A DNA stretch of 64,000 bases from Psammoneis japonica. Lineage: Eukaryota. Numbering within the stretch: position 1 is the first letter of the stretch; each line of letters opens with the position of its first letter. Below the pieces are notes generated by a model, which saw only the letters and a program-made list of their open reading frames with translations, was not told the origin of the DNA and did not search any database. The translations under genes were made by a program, and so were the position numbers. The stretch spans positions 62,001 to 126,000 of the forward strand of contig QPGO01000173.1 in the NCBI GenBank assembly GCA_008632985.1, in the 5' to 3' direction. Of this stretch, positions 22,620 to 35,300 are shown piece after piece.

Positions 22620-25600
22620 TGCAGGGAGAACAAGTGGTGCAGCAGTCGATCAACAAACGCAAAGTCAGACAGCTGCATGCAAATCCAGTTTAAAAACCAA
22701 GTTTCTACAGCAACCAGCGTTCCCGAAACTGGCAATCTCAGTCCTCAACCACCACAGCATGTCACAGCAGTCATCATCTTCATGGTTGCTGTCTCTCCAG
22801 GCATCTGATTCATGCTCTTCCAAACCAAGCTCCATCAGCATTAGAAACATTTGAATGATTTGAACATCATCCATTTCATGATGCTGTTGTCTTCTTACCT
22901 CATGATCATTTTGTTGCTGTGCAGAGTTCCAATGTTGGACAACTGCACAAAGGTCAGCTCACAAAAGCACCAAATGCAATGCTGGTGACTCTTGGAGTGA
23001 ATGTTGAACCGGCAAGTCAACGTCACCAAAAGGGAATCCCACGAAGCTTCCTGTGTCACTTGACACACTTGCCTTGGTTTCTTGCAGTGGATGTGGGTCG
23101 CTCAGAAGTTGTTCATGCAAACTTCAAACTTGTGACATGAAGGTTCCCAGTTACACCAAATGCAAAATCATGCAAACCAAATGACCCACTCCAAAGAGTG
23201 GGACAAAATGAAAGGTGAACAAGATCAGTGACAATGAAGTTCCAAATGCAGAGAGTCACCCATGTCAGGAGCTTCAACATCTCTCTTTTCAACACATCTG
23301 GGTTTCCCACATTTCCGTGACCCAGATGTTCCAACAAAATGAGTGCACAAAAGACAGTCCTTGAGCCCCTTGCATGACATCAAAATGGGAGTCTTGACAT
23401 GAGAAAAGAAGCTTCATTGACTTTTTTGGTGTTTTGTGAGAGAAAAACATGCACCCAAAAGCAGTGGTGCAAATGGCAAAAACTGGAGGTCACACAGTGA
23501 GAAAATTTGCTCTCTGCTTGGTCTGCTGAAAATCATTTTTCTGTTCTGAACAACCAAGCTGCTCATTTTGCCAGAAAGAAGGAGTTCCTTGCTCTTTTTT
23601 TTTGCTGCTGGTGGCTTTTGTGCTGTGGCAGAGCCATGGGTGATTTGTGCAAGGTGGTGCAACAAGCATTGCCGCCATTGCACTTCATTGCTTTGGCTGG
23701 CCAGAGCTGCTTGACATGCAACAATGCCAGGCACAGAGCAAAGTGCAAGACTGCTGCAGCAGCTTCTCTTTTGCATGAAAAAAAGCCAATTTTTTCTTGA
23801 TTCAAGGTCAAGATTGACAAGGCTTTCCTTCTTCACCCACAGGTTTGCTTGCTTTTTGTGTCTTGACTGCACACCAATCATGCAACCCCACATTGACAGC
23901 TGCTTTTTTCTGATGTCACCTTGGCAGCTCTCACAGGCTTCCCAATTGTCACCAAGAAAAAGATTTTGTTGCATGTGTTGCTTCACAGCCTTTGCATGAC
24001 CTGTTGGTGATTCATTGACAAAAAAACGACTCACAACAAAATCTGGCCAAGCAAAGGAAAGAGAGCACAGCCTGATGGTGTGCTGTGCTGACGCTCAACC
24101 CCAAGTTGATTGTGTGATCCAACACCAGCAAGACACACAAACAATGTGAGTTTTGTGAAAAAAAATGTCAGCTGAAAATGAGTGCCAAAGACAGTCCTTG
24201 AATTTCTCACATCACGCCAATGCTTGCTTGCACCTCAGCTGCACAATGGCTGGAGATGCAGGCACTGGTGTCTCTGAGGCATGAGAACAAACCAGAGAAG
24301 GAGCCAAAACTTCCATCAGGTGCAACTGCATCAGAGCAGCACCCTCTTCTTCTTTTTTACAAGCTTCTTCTCCCTGGTGTCCCTCCAGACCTCTGACATT
24401 CTCCCTGCCTCTGTGCACACTCTTTCTGCACCCCTTTGGTGATCATGCCTTTGCGTGTGTTCCAAAATGCACAAAGCTCCCATCTGCAGCACTGTTTGCT
24501 CTGTCACAAAAGCCCTTGGAGCAGCTGCCTCTGCCAACCCCATCATCAAGCTCTCTCCTCACACCTTTTTGTCTCATCCCAAACCACCCCCTTGGTGAAG
24601 CCTGCCAGCATTGGAGCTCTTTCTTGCTCCACCTCCCCCGCACACACCCGTCACTTCCTTGGTGTTGAAAACACCACCCCATCCGCCACTTCCTTGCCAT
24701 CAACATTGCTGTTCCTCCAGCTCCTCCCCTCGCCACCCCACAACTGGCTTGCCTGCCCCTTCTGCTGACACCTTGCCAAGGCACAAGGAAACCTCAGAAG
24801 CACCCAGGAGCAAAAAACACATGGCCAAAAATCAGAGAGAGGGTGTTTTCCAACAATGCAAGTGGCCAAAGCTGGAAAAGCTGCTGCCAAAAAAGCTGCT
24901 CTCTCTGTTCTCTGTCTGCTGAAAACAGCCATTCTCTGTGCATGATTTCTGTGCAGCCAATGCACCAAGAAGATGCGGCCACTTTCAATGTGCCCCCTCC
25001 ATTTGTTGTGCCAACCATGTCAACCACAAATGCAGCACTGACCATGCTCTGCACATTTTGCTGCTGGCTTGTCAGAAAGCTTTCCCGGCTGTTGGCCACA
25101 AGCTGCCTGCTCATTTCACCATGAAAAGAAGTCTGTTTTGTTGTTGTTGTTGTTGGCTGTTGTGCTGTGGCGGCAGCGCGAGAGTTTCATGCAAGATGGC
25201 TTGAGTGTTGCTGCCACAACACTTTGTTGCCACAGTGGGATGAGACATTGTTTGGCAACTTTCAACGGCGCATTGTGCAAAAACCACTGGCCACAGCAGC
25301 ATTTTTGCAAGGAAAGTTTTGTCAACTCAAGGTCGTCTGAGCCTGCATGACGAAGCTCACCCTTTTCTTGCTTGAGTGTTTGTTTGCTTTTTGCATCTTG
25401 GCTGCACTGATGCAAGCACAAGCCTTGTCTGACTTCATCTGGCATTGCTTCCAACAGCAACTTGCAAACTTTAAGAATGTGGTCGTTGTCAAGCGGCTTT
25501 TCTTGTGAGTGTTTTCACACAGCCTTTGCACAGCCTGGTGACACACACACAAAATTCAGCAAGAACTGGTCACAAAGAGGAGAAACCAAAGTTTGAAGCC

Positions 25601-25899
25601 TGACAATGTGTGCTCTTTTGACGGATCTTGAGATGCAACGCAAGCAAAACACACAGCCGCTGCCAGTGTTGCCAAATGATGGCGCCAGTGTTCACGTGCA
25701 CCCCCACGTTGCCGTTGCCCCATATCAGTTCGCAAGTTTCTGAGGTGTGATTGTCGCACTTCATCCGACTTTGCAGAAGCTTTTCCAACGTGCCCAACCT
25801 GATTGATGATTCATTGACACAAAAGAAAAGACTTGACACGGGTTCGCATGGCGCTTGTGAGCGTGACGTCGTGAAGGGAATGATCACCAGTGAGCCATT
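22620..25899. pseudogene. Hypermutated (TpA- and CpG-depleted) tract containing decayed, partly duplicated gene relics, probably on the minus strand
   Basis: Only 3 TpA in 23154-25899; ORFs in all frames lack Tyr and are rich in Cys/His/Gln/Trp; internal paralogous segments. Confidence 0.7.
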
Positions 25900-26409
25900 T
25901 AACGATTTCTCATTAAGTGTTTTCGTTTGTTAAACGATCTGACACCCCTTCAGACAGTTTTACTTAATGTTCGATCTTGGAGCTCGCACAGTTAGTCCGA
26001 TGATAGATGTGTGTTACAGCCAGTAGCCGAATTGATTATGATCTCATACGAAAGCGAGCGAGACACGCGACCTATGTACTGAGTGTTTTATTTAACAAAC
26101 TGAAACAATTAAGGAAAAATTGTTATATGAATGATTGCCAAAGACAATCGTGCCTGACGTCAACACTTTCTTATGTCTTAATTACGCCTATGCGAACCCC
26201 TGTCAATTGATCTCATTCGACATTGCCCCAACTGTTCGCAAACTTCTAGGGCGTGATTGTCGTTAAATGGCTATTCTAGTACTTGACTTAGTAGCCTTTA
26301 CACAACCTGGTGATTTACATCACAACTTTTGTCTCGAAGCCCCGAACCTCACAGAACCCTCTCATAAAACCCAAAACGACATCAATTTCGTGCATCTTCT
26401 TCTGCCACA

Positions 26410-27993
26410 ATGAAACTATCGTACAAAGGAGGATTCCTCCTTCTGACTACCGTGCTCTGCAAGGCGACAGGTGTGTCACATTGTTGTAGCTGGAGATCTT
26501 TGGATGGCGCCGCCCCCACTGGCATGTCGTGCTTCCGCTTCCGACTCACTTGTTGTCATGTTGTTCTTCTTTTCTGAGATAGAGCTCCCATCAGACTCAT
26601 CAGATGTAAGTTTCACTGAAACGCATGGCGTTATACCCTTGTTCATTGCGCTAGAGTTTCTCACCTCCTCACGTTTTTCATCAATGACGATGCCTCAGCC
26701 TGCGCCTTTTGAAGTTGACGACGCTCCAGACCCGACCCAGAGAAGCCTTTTGGGAGATGTACGTTGCATTATAAAACTATCTCTGTCCCTTTTATTAATA
26801 AGTCTCACTTTTCAAAACCTCTCTGCTCTGCGTGAAATGTTTGAATCTCAAAAAAGATCCCAGGCCAGTGTTGTTTCAAGGGAAACCCGACGTGCTTTCT
26901 GAAAACTAGGTACGCATGCGAACACGCTGGGGGGACTTACAAGGGAGGCTCCCCGTGCCTAGAGAAGACTTGTAGCAGTGGTGCTTGCTGCTTTCCCGAT
27001 GAAAGCCGATGTGTTGTGGTGCAGCCTAGCGTGTGCCGCAACCTCGGAGGCTACTTCAAGGGCTTCGGCTCGGTTTGCAACGTTGCCACATGTCCGGAGG
27101 CCTTTGGTGCTTGCTGTTATTCAGACGGAGAATGCAAGATCCGTAAAAAGAAGAAGTGTGGTGGTAAGTAGTGAATGATTGAAGTGGTTCTTGTTTGATC
27201 TCTTGCCTTTCAAAAACGTTCTGGCACTTACACATACCGGTATTATGCTTTCGTGTGCATGCTAGGCAACTGGCAAGGCCCAAAAACAAAGTGTCTACCC
27301 GAAACGTGTGCTCCACCCCCGCCCGTCAAATTACCAGTTTGTGAACCTGTGAATCCCCACACCAAAGTTGGCGGATACACTTTGGGCGAACTTCAGCTCC
27401 TCTGGTGGAATTGGAACCTTTGTGAAGATGCATTTGGTTCCACTGATGGATCGTGTGCTTCTCAAGACCAGGTTCCCGAGGGTTGGATCTTTCTTGCGGG
27501 AGCTGGTGGCAACTGCTCGGCCGCCCCTCTTGAACGCATTTGTGACGTCCCCGAAGGGATTTACAATGTGTTCCAGCCCGTTATAAACGTCGCCTGTGCT
27601 GACTACTCTGATGATGATGCCGATTGCGATAAAACCCGCGAAGGATGTACTGCAACTTCTGAATCCATCGAGCCCAAGAGCAGCTACTCAGAGCTCTTTG
27701 CCAGGCAGGATGGAAGACTTCTGCATATATTCTACCTTTTCGATGACACACCACGCTACTTTCCTATGGCCTGCAAGAGCGGAAAGGAGTATTGCGATGA
27801 GTGCGATGATCCTGTTTGCACATCGCATAAAGGAGTTGATAGCTACCCAAATTATGGATGGTGGGCCCTCAAAGAGCATGTCTCCATCAAGGCAGGTATC
27901 GCCACAACCTTTGAGGTAGGCGCCAACAATCTTGATTTCAATTTCTGTCCTCGCGTCAAGTACACGCTTCATGGTGTCAAAAACAAATACTAG
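26410..27993 (+). CDS. Secreted multi-exon Cys-rich protein: three GxCC repeats, Pro linker and a prokaryote-like extracellular domain
   Basis: Signal peptide MKLSYKGGFLLLTTVLCKAT; exon about 26858-27163 encodes GQCCFKGNPTC...GGTYKGGSPCLEKTC / GACCFPDESRC...GGYFKGFGSVCNVATC / GACCYSDGEC; last exon WWNW...WIFLAGAGG...RICDVPEG..VFQPVINVAC; 5' exon structure approximate. Confidence 0.7.
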
Positions 27994-29965
27994 TGAAAGC
28001 ATATTGGATCGTTCAAAGTGAAAGAGAGAACAAGATTCAATCGGTTTATTGTTTTGTGAGAGAAATCCAAGTTATTGAAAGATGTGGGAACGATATGGCG
28101 AGCCGCGTCTTTGTAACTTATTTAGAAGGTCGGGCAACTAATTGTGTACATTTTAGCTTATACTGATGCGGAGATGAACTCGTGCAATGTTCGGTGACAT
28201 TGCTTTACAGCGGGTATATCTCCTCATTGGTGATTTCGTGTCGCATTTTATAGTAATGTTGTACCGACAAACATTTGATGTAGTATATTTATTATCCTTT
28301 ATCCTTTGGTTGCGCATTAAATAGGCATACACTACAGTGCTGTAGCTACTGATTGTTTTCTTGACCTTTATCGTAAAGTTTTTCTCCCACGCAATACTCT
28401 CAACCGATAAGGAATCATGCAGCGGTACCGTATTGTTGTGGTTTAAAATAATGAAGAGACTAAGTCGCACTCACGATGACGAAAAGAAAATCAACAACGC
28501 CGCCTGGTGTTATTGTTGAGTTGATGTGATCGACTTTTCCTGCCTCTATGTTCCTCTTTGCTGCTAAACCTTGCCGCCCATACTCTCCATATATCGTGAT
28601 TGTATCTCTACTCAATAAGTGTGAGAGGTCAATGTTCTCTGCCAATATCATCGATGTCACGCTCCGTCAGCGATTAACAAACTCTGTAATTAGCGAAACT
28701 GCGAGCTCCTTTTCTCTAATCCCTATTTCTTTGTCTCTCTTGCATTCTGAGCTGCTGTAGGGCCTACTCCTATCTTCCCTCAGTCGTTGCTTTCACCCAA
28801 CGAAAACGAGTCATTGCTGAAAAAAGATACACACTACCGGGCACTCTTTCAACTCGTTCGTTACACGACATCAGTCAAGTCTGTCACGCTCCATTCCTTA
28901 TCCAACTTGGCTACTGCTTTTGAAAACCGTGTGTTTTTAGCGTCGATTGTTCCAAAATTCTCGATGGCTGAACGCGTCGTTGCCAACGACTTCGACTATA
29001 CGGCCCTTTTCTTTACCCCTTGTCTCTGCTCTCTGCGTAGATCACAAGTGGCCTACACTTCTGAGAGCTCTGTTTCAATGAATTCTTTGTGCCTCTGCAT
29101 TCAAACGATCGCTACAATCAAGGAGTACGTGCTTCTGTGTGAAGCGTCGCCGTTGTCCTTGACTTTTGTACGAAGAAACCATACACACCCGGGTTGCCGC
29201 CGAGCGCACTGTCGTCGGGCAACACCGTGTCCTTTTCTCTTGTTTCTTTTATTCTTTGTACATCTCTTGTTTTATGAGCCCTTGTGGTGATGTTTGTTAT
29301 TGCTTAGAGAAACTACTTCTAGCTAGACAACCTCTAATACCGGTAGACTGTGAATAGAAGATAGAATTACACGCGTGATCCTTCAGATGAGCTAGCTCGT
29401 TGCGCGCGTGACGAAGTTCACCCGTTGCGGGCGGTGCGGTGGCTATGGTATGACAGACGCGGTGGAGCCGACTTGAATAAATGCATTGAGTTGGCACATT
29501 GGGTGCCGCAGTGCTCCTCTCAGTGGTGCCTGCGGTAGCTCTCTCTCTCTCTACTACCGGTAGCTCTAGAGTAGAGTGGGTAGCTCTCTCTACTAGTCTC
29601 TAGTAGAGCAAAATAGCTGCCAACGTCGTGAAAAGCATTGTGTAACTGACTTGCGTCTTTAACCTACTGCCACATACAACATGTTGTCCAAGCCAAGGAC
29701 CTAAAACAGACGGAAGCGAAGATGCAACGTCACATTTATTTGTTCTTAGGAAGAGAAGCGAAGGAGTCGAATATGTAAACCTTGATGAATCCTTAAACTG
29801 GAAGAAAGATTCCAAGGTACCTGAATATATAACGTCTCATGAATCCCCGTTTCCGGGGAGATTTAGAATCTTGAATGTAGATGGTCGCATAACGACGTAG
29901 AGGTTCATGAATCCCTGTGTCTCTAGGAGATGAGAACACGGGGACATGATTGTAGGTGATCCTAT

Positions 29966-31332
29966 TTACTGGGAGAAGGTAAAAGACATGAGGTCTTGAT
30001 AGTCAGCATAGGTCCACGTGCTTCCAGTAACACCAACGAAAACCTGGTTGCCCGTGAAGAAGCTAGCTAAGTCTATGTAGGTGGTGATGAGTGGATGTGC
30101 GGGAGCAACGTCTGAAGATCTCCTGTGATACACCTTGAGAGCCCGACTTTCTCCGTCATAGTCGACCCAAACACGTCCTATGTAATACTCCCCTGTGCGA
30201 AGGGGAGCCCATTCCTGGGCCAGTCCTTGGCGATAACCATTTTCATCCACGAGTTGCACATGAATTCGGCGTCCGCCACTGTCGCCGTACTCCGGATTAT
30301 AATCTGTAGCAAAAGAAATTCAAAATACGTTAGTTTTGGCTGGAATGCACTTCCTATGGAAACGACCGAATTGATGCTTCACTCACACCCGTCAATTTCG
30401 ACAACAAGCGCCGGTGCAATAGCTGGCACATCTTGGTTGGTGTAGTATGCTGCGGAATACACGCCCAGAGCACCGCCGGAAAACCCAAGTGCATTCACGC
30501 CGCGAGGATCCTGGTGCATTGTGAATGTCATTCCATCGCCATCGCCTTCTTGATTTTGACCGTACATGCGATATCCTACCTCTGTGCGAAAGGAATACTT
30601 TTCGTTCATTCTCGTCGTCATGAAGGCTGATGAAGCACGAACGCCGGGAATGTTGGGAGTCAAGCGTATGCCGCATTGATCTTGATAACCCAAGTGGCGA
30701 GGATAATCTGCCGTGTTGCCATTCAGAGTAAACGGGTTGCCATCACAGAAGCCATTGGGATAGTCAGCCTCAGTGACTTCAACGCAAGGGGGCACAGTAC
30801 TTTCTCCAATAGACTCAAGCAAGATGCTAACGGCGTCCCGGAGTTTCTGCACATTTTCATACCATCTCCCAAAAGCTCGGTAATTTGACGCAAGTTGAAG
30901 GTGACCTTGTATAAGCCAGTAATCGTCTTCGTCCAAACGCGTGAGAATCGCATTCAACAATGTATAGGCTGCGTCACTAGCCTGTTGACTAATGTCATGT
31001 AGGCTTTTCAAACAGTCACGCATCTGACAATTCTCTCTTTCGATAATCCTTCGGGCCCATGAGGTCACTGAGTTCAGCTCCTCAAGTGATGCAAGTGCGT
31101 CTCCTGCCTCGATCTCCGTTTTCGCGGCTCTTGCATTGTAAATCATGTTCCGGGCCATTTGGGCGTTCCATTGATTAATATAATTTGGAACGTCCTCGGC
31201 GGCCTCAATTAACTTCTCGAGAGACTCAACGTATTCGCAAGTGACCGTCTCAAATCCGTCGGGGAAGTATGCCTGTACGCCATGGCCAGAGAGAAGACTA
31301 GCCACGACCACAGCAAAGATGATGGTCTTCAT
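29966..31332 (-). CDS. Secreted protein with N-terminal helical region and L-type (legume-like) lectin domain; intron 30304-30386
   Basis: Signal peptide; FTLNGN, IRLTP, GDGMTFTMHQDP, GGALG, LVVEID, VWVDYDG, VFVGVTGST. Confidence 0.85.
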
Positions 31333-32312
31333 TATTTAGTTTTCTTTGTTGACTTAATCGCTTTGTGCTTTTACCTGGAAAACAGAAATGCGTAGAGATA
31401 AAGCAATGGAGATGAATGCATGTATCGAAGTCGATCGCAGTTCAGTTCTATTCGCTACTACTTACACAAGAAGAGCCTTGTTGTTTTGTGCTTGACTGTA
31501 TTTTGTGAGACTGTTTCACAATACCGCGATCAACATAGTAGTACTTTCTACACAGCAATGAGGCTTCGCAATTTCGACGTCTACCCTCTAACATTTAACA
31601 GATTGAGTAGTAGAATGATCATACAAGCCTACTGGATCAAAAACCCTTGCAGCCTGAATGAGAGTCTTGAGCATCACTGGACATGATTTCAAATATGGGT
31701 TGACCATAGAAATGATACTGATGTGCAATCGCGGATTTGATGGAGTTCGCAAATCAAGCTTCGTTCGTCGATCTGTCGTCGGCCTCCTTATCGTTATTGT
31801 CTGACAGGAGAAGTCGCTTGCTGCCAGTCCATAGAATGTGATGGAAAGTATCTTAGCGTGTCGTTGTTTCTGCTTTCAATGGGACTCGTGGGACTGATGC
31901 TCCAACAGAGGGTAGATAGCAAGGGTGCATCAATGCTATGGCGAATCATGAGGATGTTGACGTTCATCGTTCATCGGGCGTCTGCTCCCGGCAGTGGTCG
32001 GCCACGGCGCTGCCAGAACACTCTCTTCTATCCAGCAACCAGTCTACATTACCGAAAGCAAAACACCAAGCAAGGGCATGAACAGCGAGCCGTTTACAGC
32101 GGAGCACCAAGCACCATGGTCCATGGTTGAATGTCGTACTGGGTGCATGTCCGGGTGGATGACGCACGGACGAAGGGGCGGCGAGTCAGTCCTGCGTCAG
32201 TCGTCAAACACTTTCAATTTTGCTCTCCGGTTGCTCGCCATTAGCCCTTGCTTTTACCAGACCATTCTCAATTATCTAACCTCTATTTTACTATCAGCAA
32301 TCTATATCCTCT

Positions 32313-35300
32313 CTAGTTCGCCATCTTTTTCAGTGCTGCTGCACTCTCCGGGCCAGTTGCGTTCACCATGGCTGTGAACTTGCCATCCTCATTTTGCAGC
32401 AACGAGCTGGGTGGGCCAAACTCTACACACTTTCCACGGTCCATCACGCACACAGTATCGTAATCCATCACGGTATTTAGTCTGTGTGCTATTGTGAGAA
32501 GAGTCGTTTCCGGAAACTGGCTTCGAAGCATCTCTTGGACGAATTCGTCTGTCGAGCCGTCGACCGCCGAGGTTGCCTCGTCAAGTACCAAAAGCTTAGG
32601 TTTGGCAAGTAGAGCTCGAGCCAGGCAGAGCAACTGCCTCTCCCCGGCGCTATAGTTGGCACCAGCTTCTTCTACGCTCTCGTCCAAGATAGCAACCCCC
32701 CTATCCGTTCCAGGGAAGCGAACCAACGCAAGGGCCTGGAGGATTTCCTCGTCCGAGTGGGAGGAGAACGGATCGAGGTTGGACTTGAGAGTTCCCGAAA
32801 ATAGTACCGGGTCTTGCGGAATGATGGACATTCCGTTTGGGCGTCCCCTTACATCCGAAAGGCCGAGCAAACTTAGATCTACTCCATCCAGGGATATTGT
32901 TCCTTCTTCAATCTCGACGAGCCGAAATAGTGCAGCGGTAAGCGTTGACTTACCAGCCCCTGTTCTCCCAACCACAGCACACCTCTCACCATGCTCGAGT
33001 GTGAATGTCAATCCGTCAAGCGCCAACGCGAGCCCAGGACGATAACGCATTTTTACACAATCGAACTTCAGCGTCCCCTTGCGTGGCCAGGACGAGTCTA
33101 GCTGGACTTCCTCCGACGTCAACATGCTTCTTTCCTGAGGCAGTAGCTCGATGCTATGCATCCTTTCTATTGAAGTGATTGCCGCCTCGGCTTCAGAAAA
33201 GGCGTTGATGAGAAATCCCAAAGTCACAGTCATAGCACTGGCCCAAATAATGAGAAGGCCGGCAATGCCGGGGGACAGTTGCAGTTGCTCATTAAAGGAA
33301 ATAACAAACATGCAAGCCGCCAAGGTTACAAAAGCTCCCAGCGTCTCCAGCCTCACTGCCAACCATCTTCTCGATGACAGAAAGTTGAGCATGGCAGAGC
33401 TATTTCCGTCGAGATAACCTTGAAATATCCCCAAAAAGTAGCTATTCTTGTGATAGGCTCGAATGGTAGATGACCCGTCCAGGCCCTCTGCTAAAGACGC
33501 CTGTATGGGAGACCTTGACACCGCGTCAAGACGCTGAAGATCTGCAGCACTCCAACGGTAATGTCGAAGGATCAAAACGTATAGGAACAAAACAACAGCA
33601 TTTACAGCTGCCATCCAAGGCAACACGGCAATCATGACGATCTGTCCAGCAATAAGCCAACTGCATGCAATAATGAAGATTGACATGTGCTGCGTCAAAG
33701 TAATATCAACAACCTCAACATCATAGGTGAACCGATTTAGGACGCGTCCCAGCGGAACAGTGTCAAAGTACGACATGGGGGCATGGAGAACGCGCCGCGT
33801 CATGTTGGAGAAGAGACGCTCGGCAGTACGGTAGCCTCCAAACACGGCCCACTGGGACCGTGCGACCAGGAAGCAAAGCAATGAAACGACCAAGATGGCA
33901 TATACAGCGACATACTGTAGCTGAGCTGACCTTCCTTCCAATTGATCCGGGAATTCCCTACCAAACGCAGTAATGCTCTTGCCAATAGCTGAAGTCCATG
34001 TTGCCAGCCACCAATCAATCGCTACGTAACTGCCCCTATCACACGCCATCAAAATCACTTGAACGATAGCAAACACAAAGCCACCTGCATAGGTAAACCA
34101 GATCAACCATGTTTGTATACTCGATATTCCATGTTCACGCTCTTCTTTTGTCATTATTTCTCCCTTTGCAGCGTCCTGTGTTTCGGCAGCTGCAGAAGTG
34201 CCTTTGTCTTCCCCATTCTTTGTCTCCGTCTTCGATGTTTCTTTGTTGCCGTGCTGCAGAGAAGAACGCATGGATTCTATCTTTTCCCTGTGCAACTGAT
34301 TCTCCGGTTCGAAGACTTCGAGTTCGCTCCACGTGCCATAAAATATAGGCTCTCCATTATCCAGAATCAAGATGTGACTGACCCGCTGCAGTACGTGTAC
34401 GGCGTGAGTAACAAGCACTACTCCAGCATTTCTCAGAAGACCATTGTCGTCCGCTTCAAATAGGTTGTCAAAGACTCTCTGAGACGTTCCCGCGTCCAAT
34501 GCCGACAAAATGTCGTCAAACAAAGCAATGTCTGGATTTGCATACACGGCTCGCGCAATGGAAACTCGTTGCTTTTGTCCACCACTCATGGTAACTCCGC
34601 GCTCTCCAATCTCTGTCAGATCTCCTGCAGGCCACATTTCCATGTCGGGCCTCAAACAGCACGCATCAAGAACTTTTTCATACCTGTCTTTGTCGAACTT
34701 CAGGCCGAACAGAATGTTGTCTCGGACGGTGGCACTAAGAATGAAAGGAGACTGACCGGCATAGGCAACAGAACCGCGGGATTCAACAATGGTATCGTCT
34801 GTAGACTGAAGGTCGCCAAGAAGACCTTGAATAAGAGTCGACTTGCCCGATGCGACTTGCCCTACAACCGCCATCACTTCTCCTCTCCCCAATGTGAAAT
34901 TTACACTTGACAAAGTAAAGGCTGGGCTACTGGTCTCGAGGTCTTCGTCTCCAGCACTCATCTCGGAATCAATTCCACAATGAAATGACGCATTCTTCAC
35001 CTCCAACACGGGTAGCGTCTTGTCGACATCATTTCCGCATCCTGATGTGGTGGAAGTACTCAATGACAAATCCCTGTCATCGCGGGTTAAAAATTCAGAG
35101 ACTCGATGAGCCGCTTGAGCTCCCAGTGCAGCTTTCGACAGAAGCTGACCTGCCTGATTGATGGGGAACTTGAGCATATTGAACAGCATCAGGATGGTAA
35201 AGGTGGTTGACGCCGTCAGAGTGTTTCCGTCTTGGGCTAAAGTGTATGTGAAAAAGGTAGCAGCGCTGGCCAGCACTGGTGTAAAGACCCGAATCACCAG

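Noticed and set aside
22430..25933. Dense overlapping Cys/His-rich ORFs on both strands
   Set aside because: Artefact of TAA/TAG loss in the TpA-void tract; no Tyr and no recognisable intact domain.
28460..29290. Possible decayed minus-strand gene
   Set aside because: Only short ORFs with no recognisable homology.
29836..29950. TCATGAATCCC direct repeat and imperfect hairpin 3' of the lectin gene
   Set aside because: Too short and degenerate to call a MITE or structured RNA.
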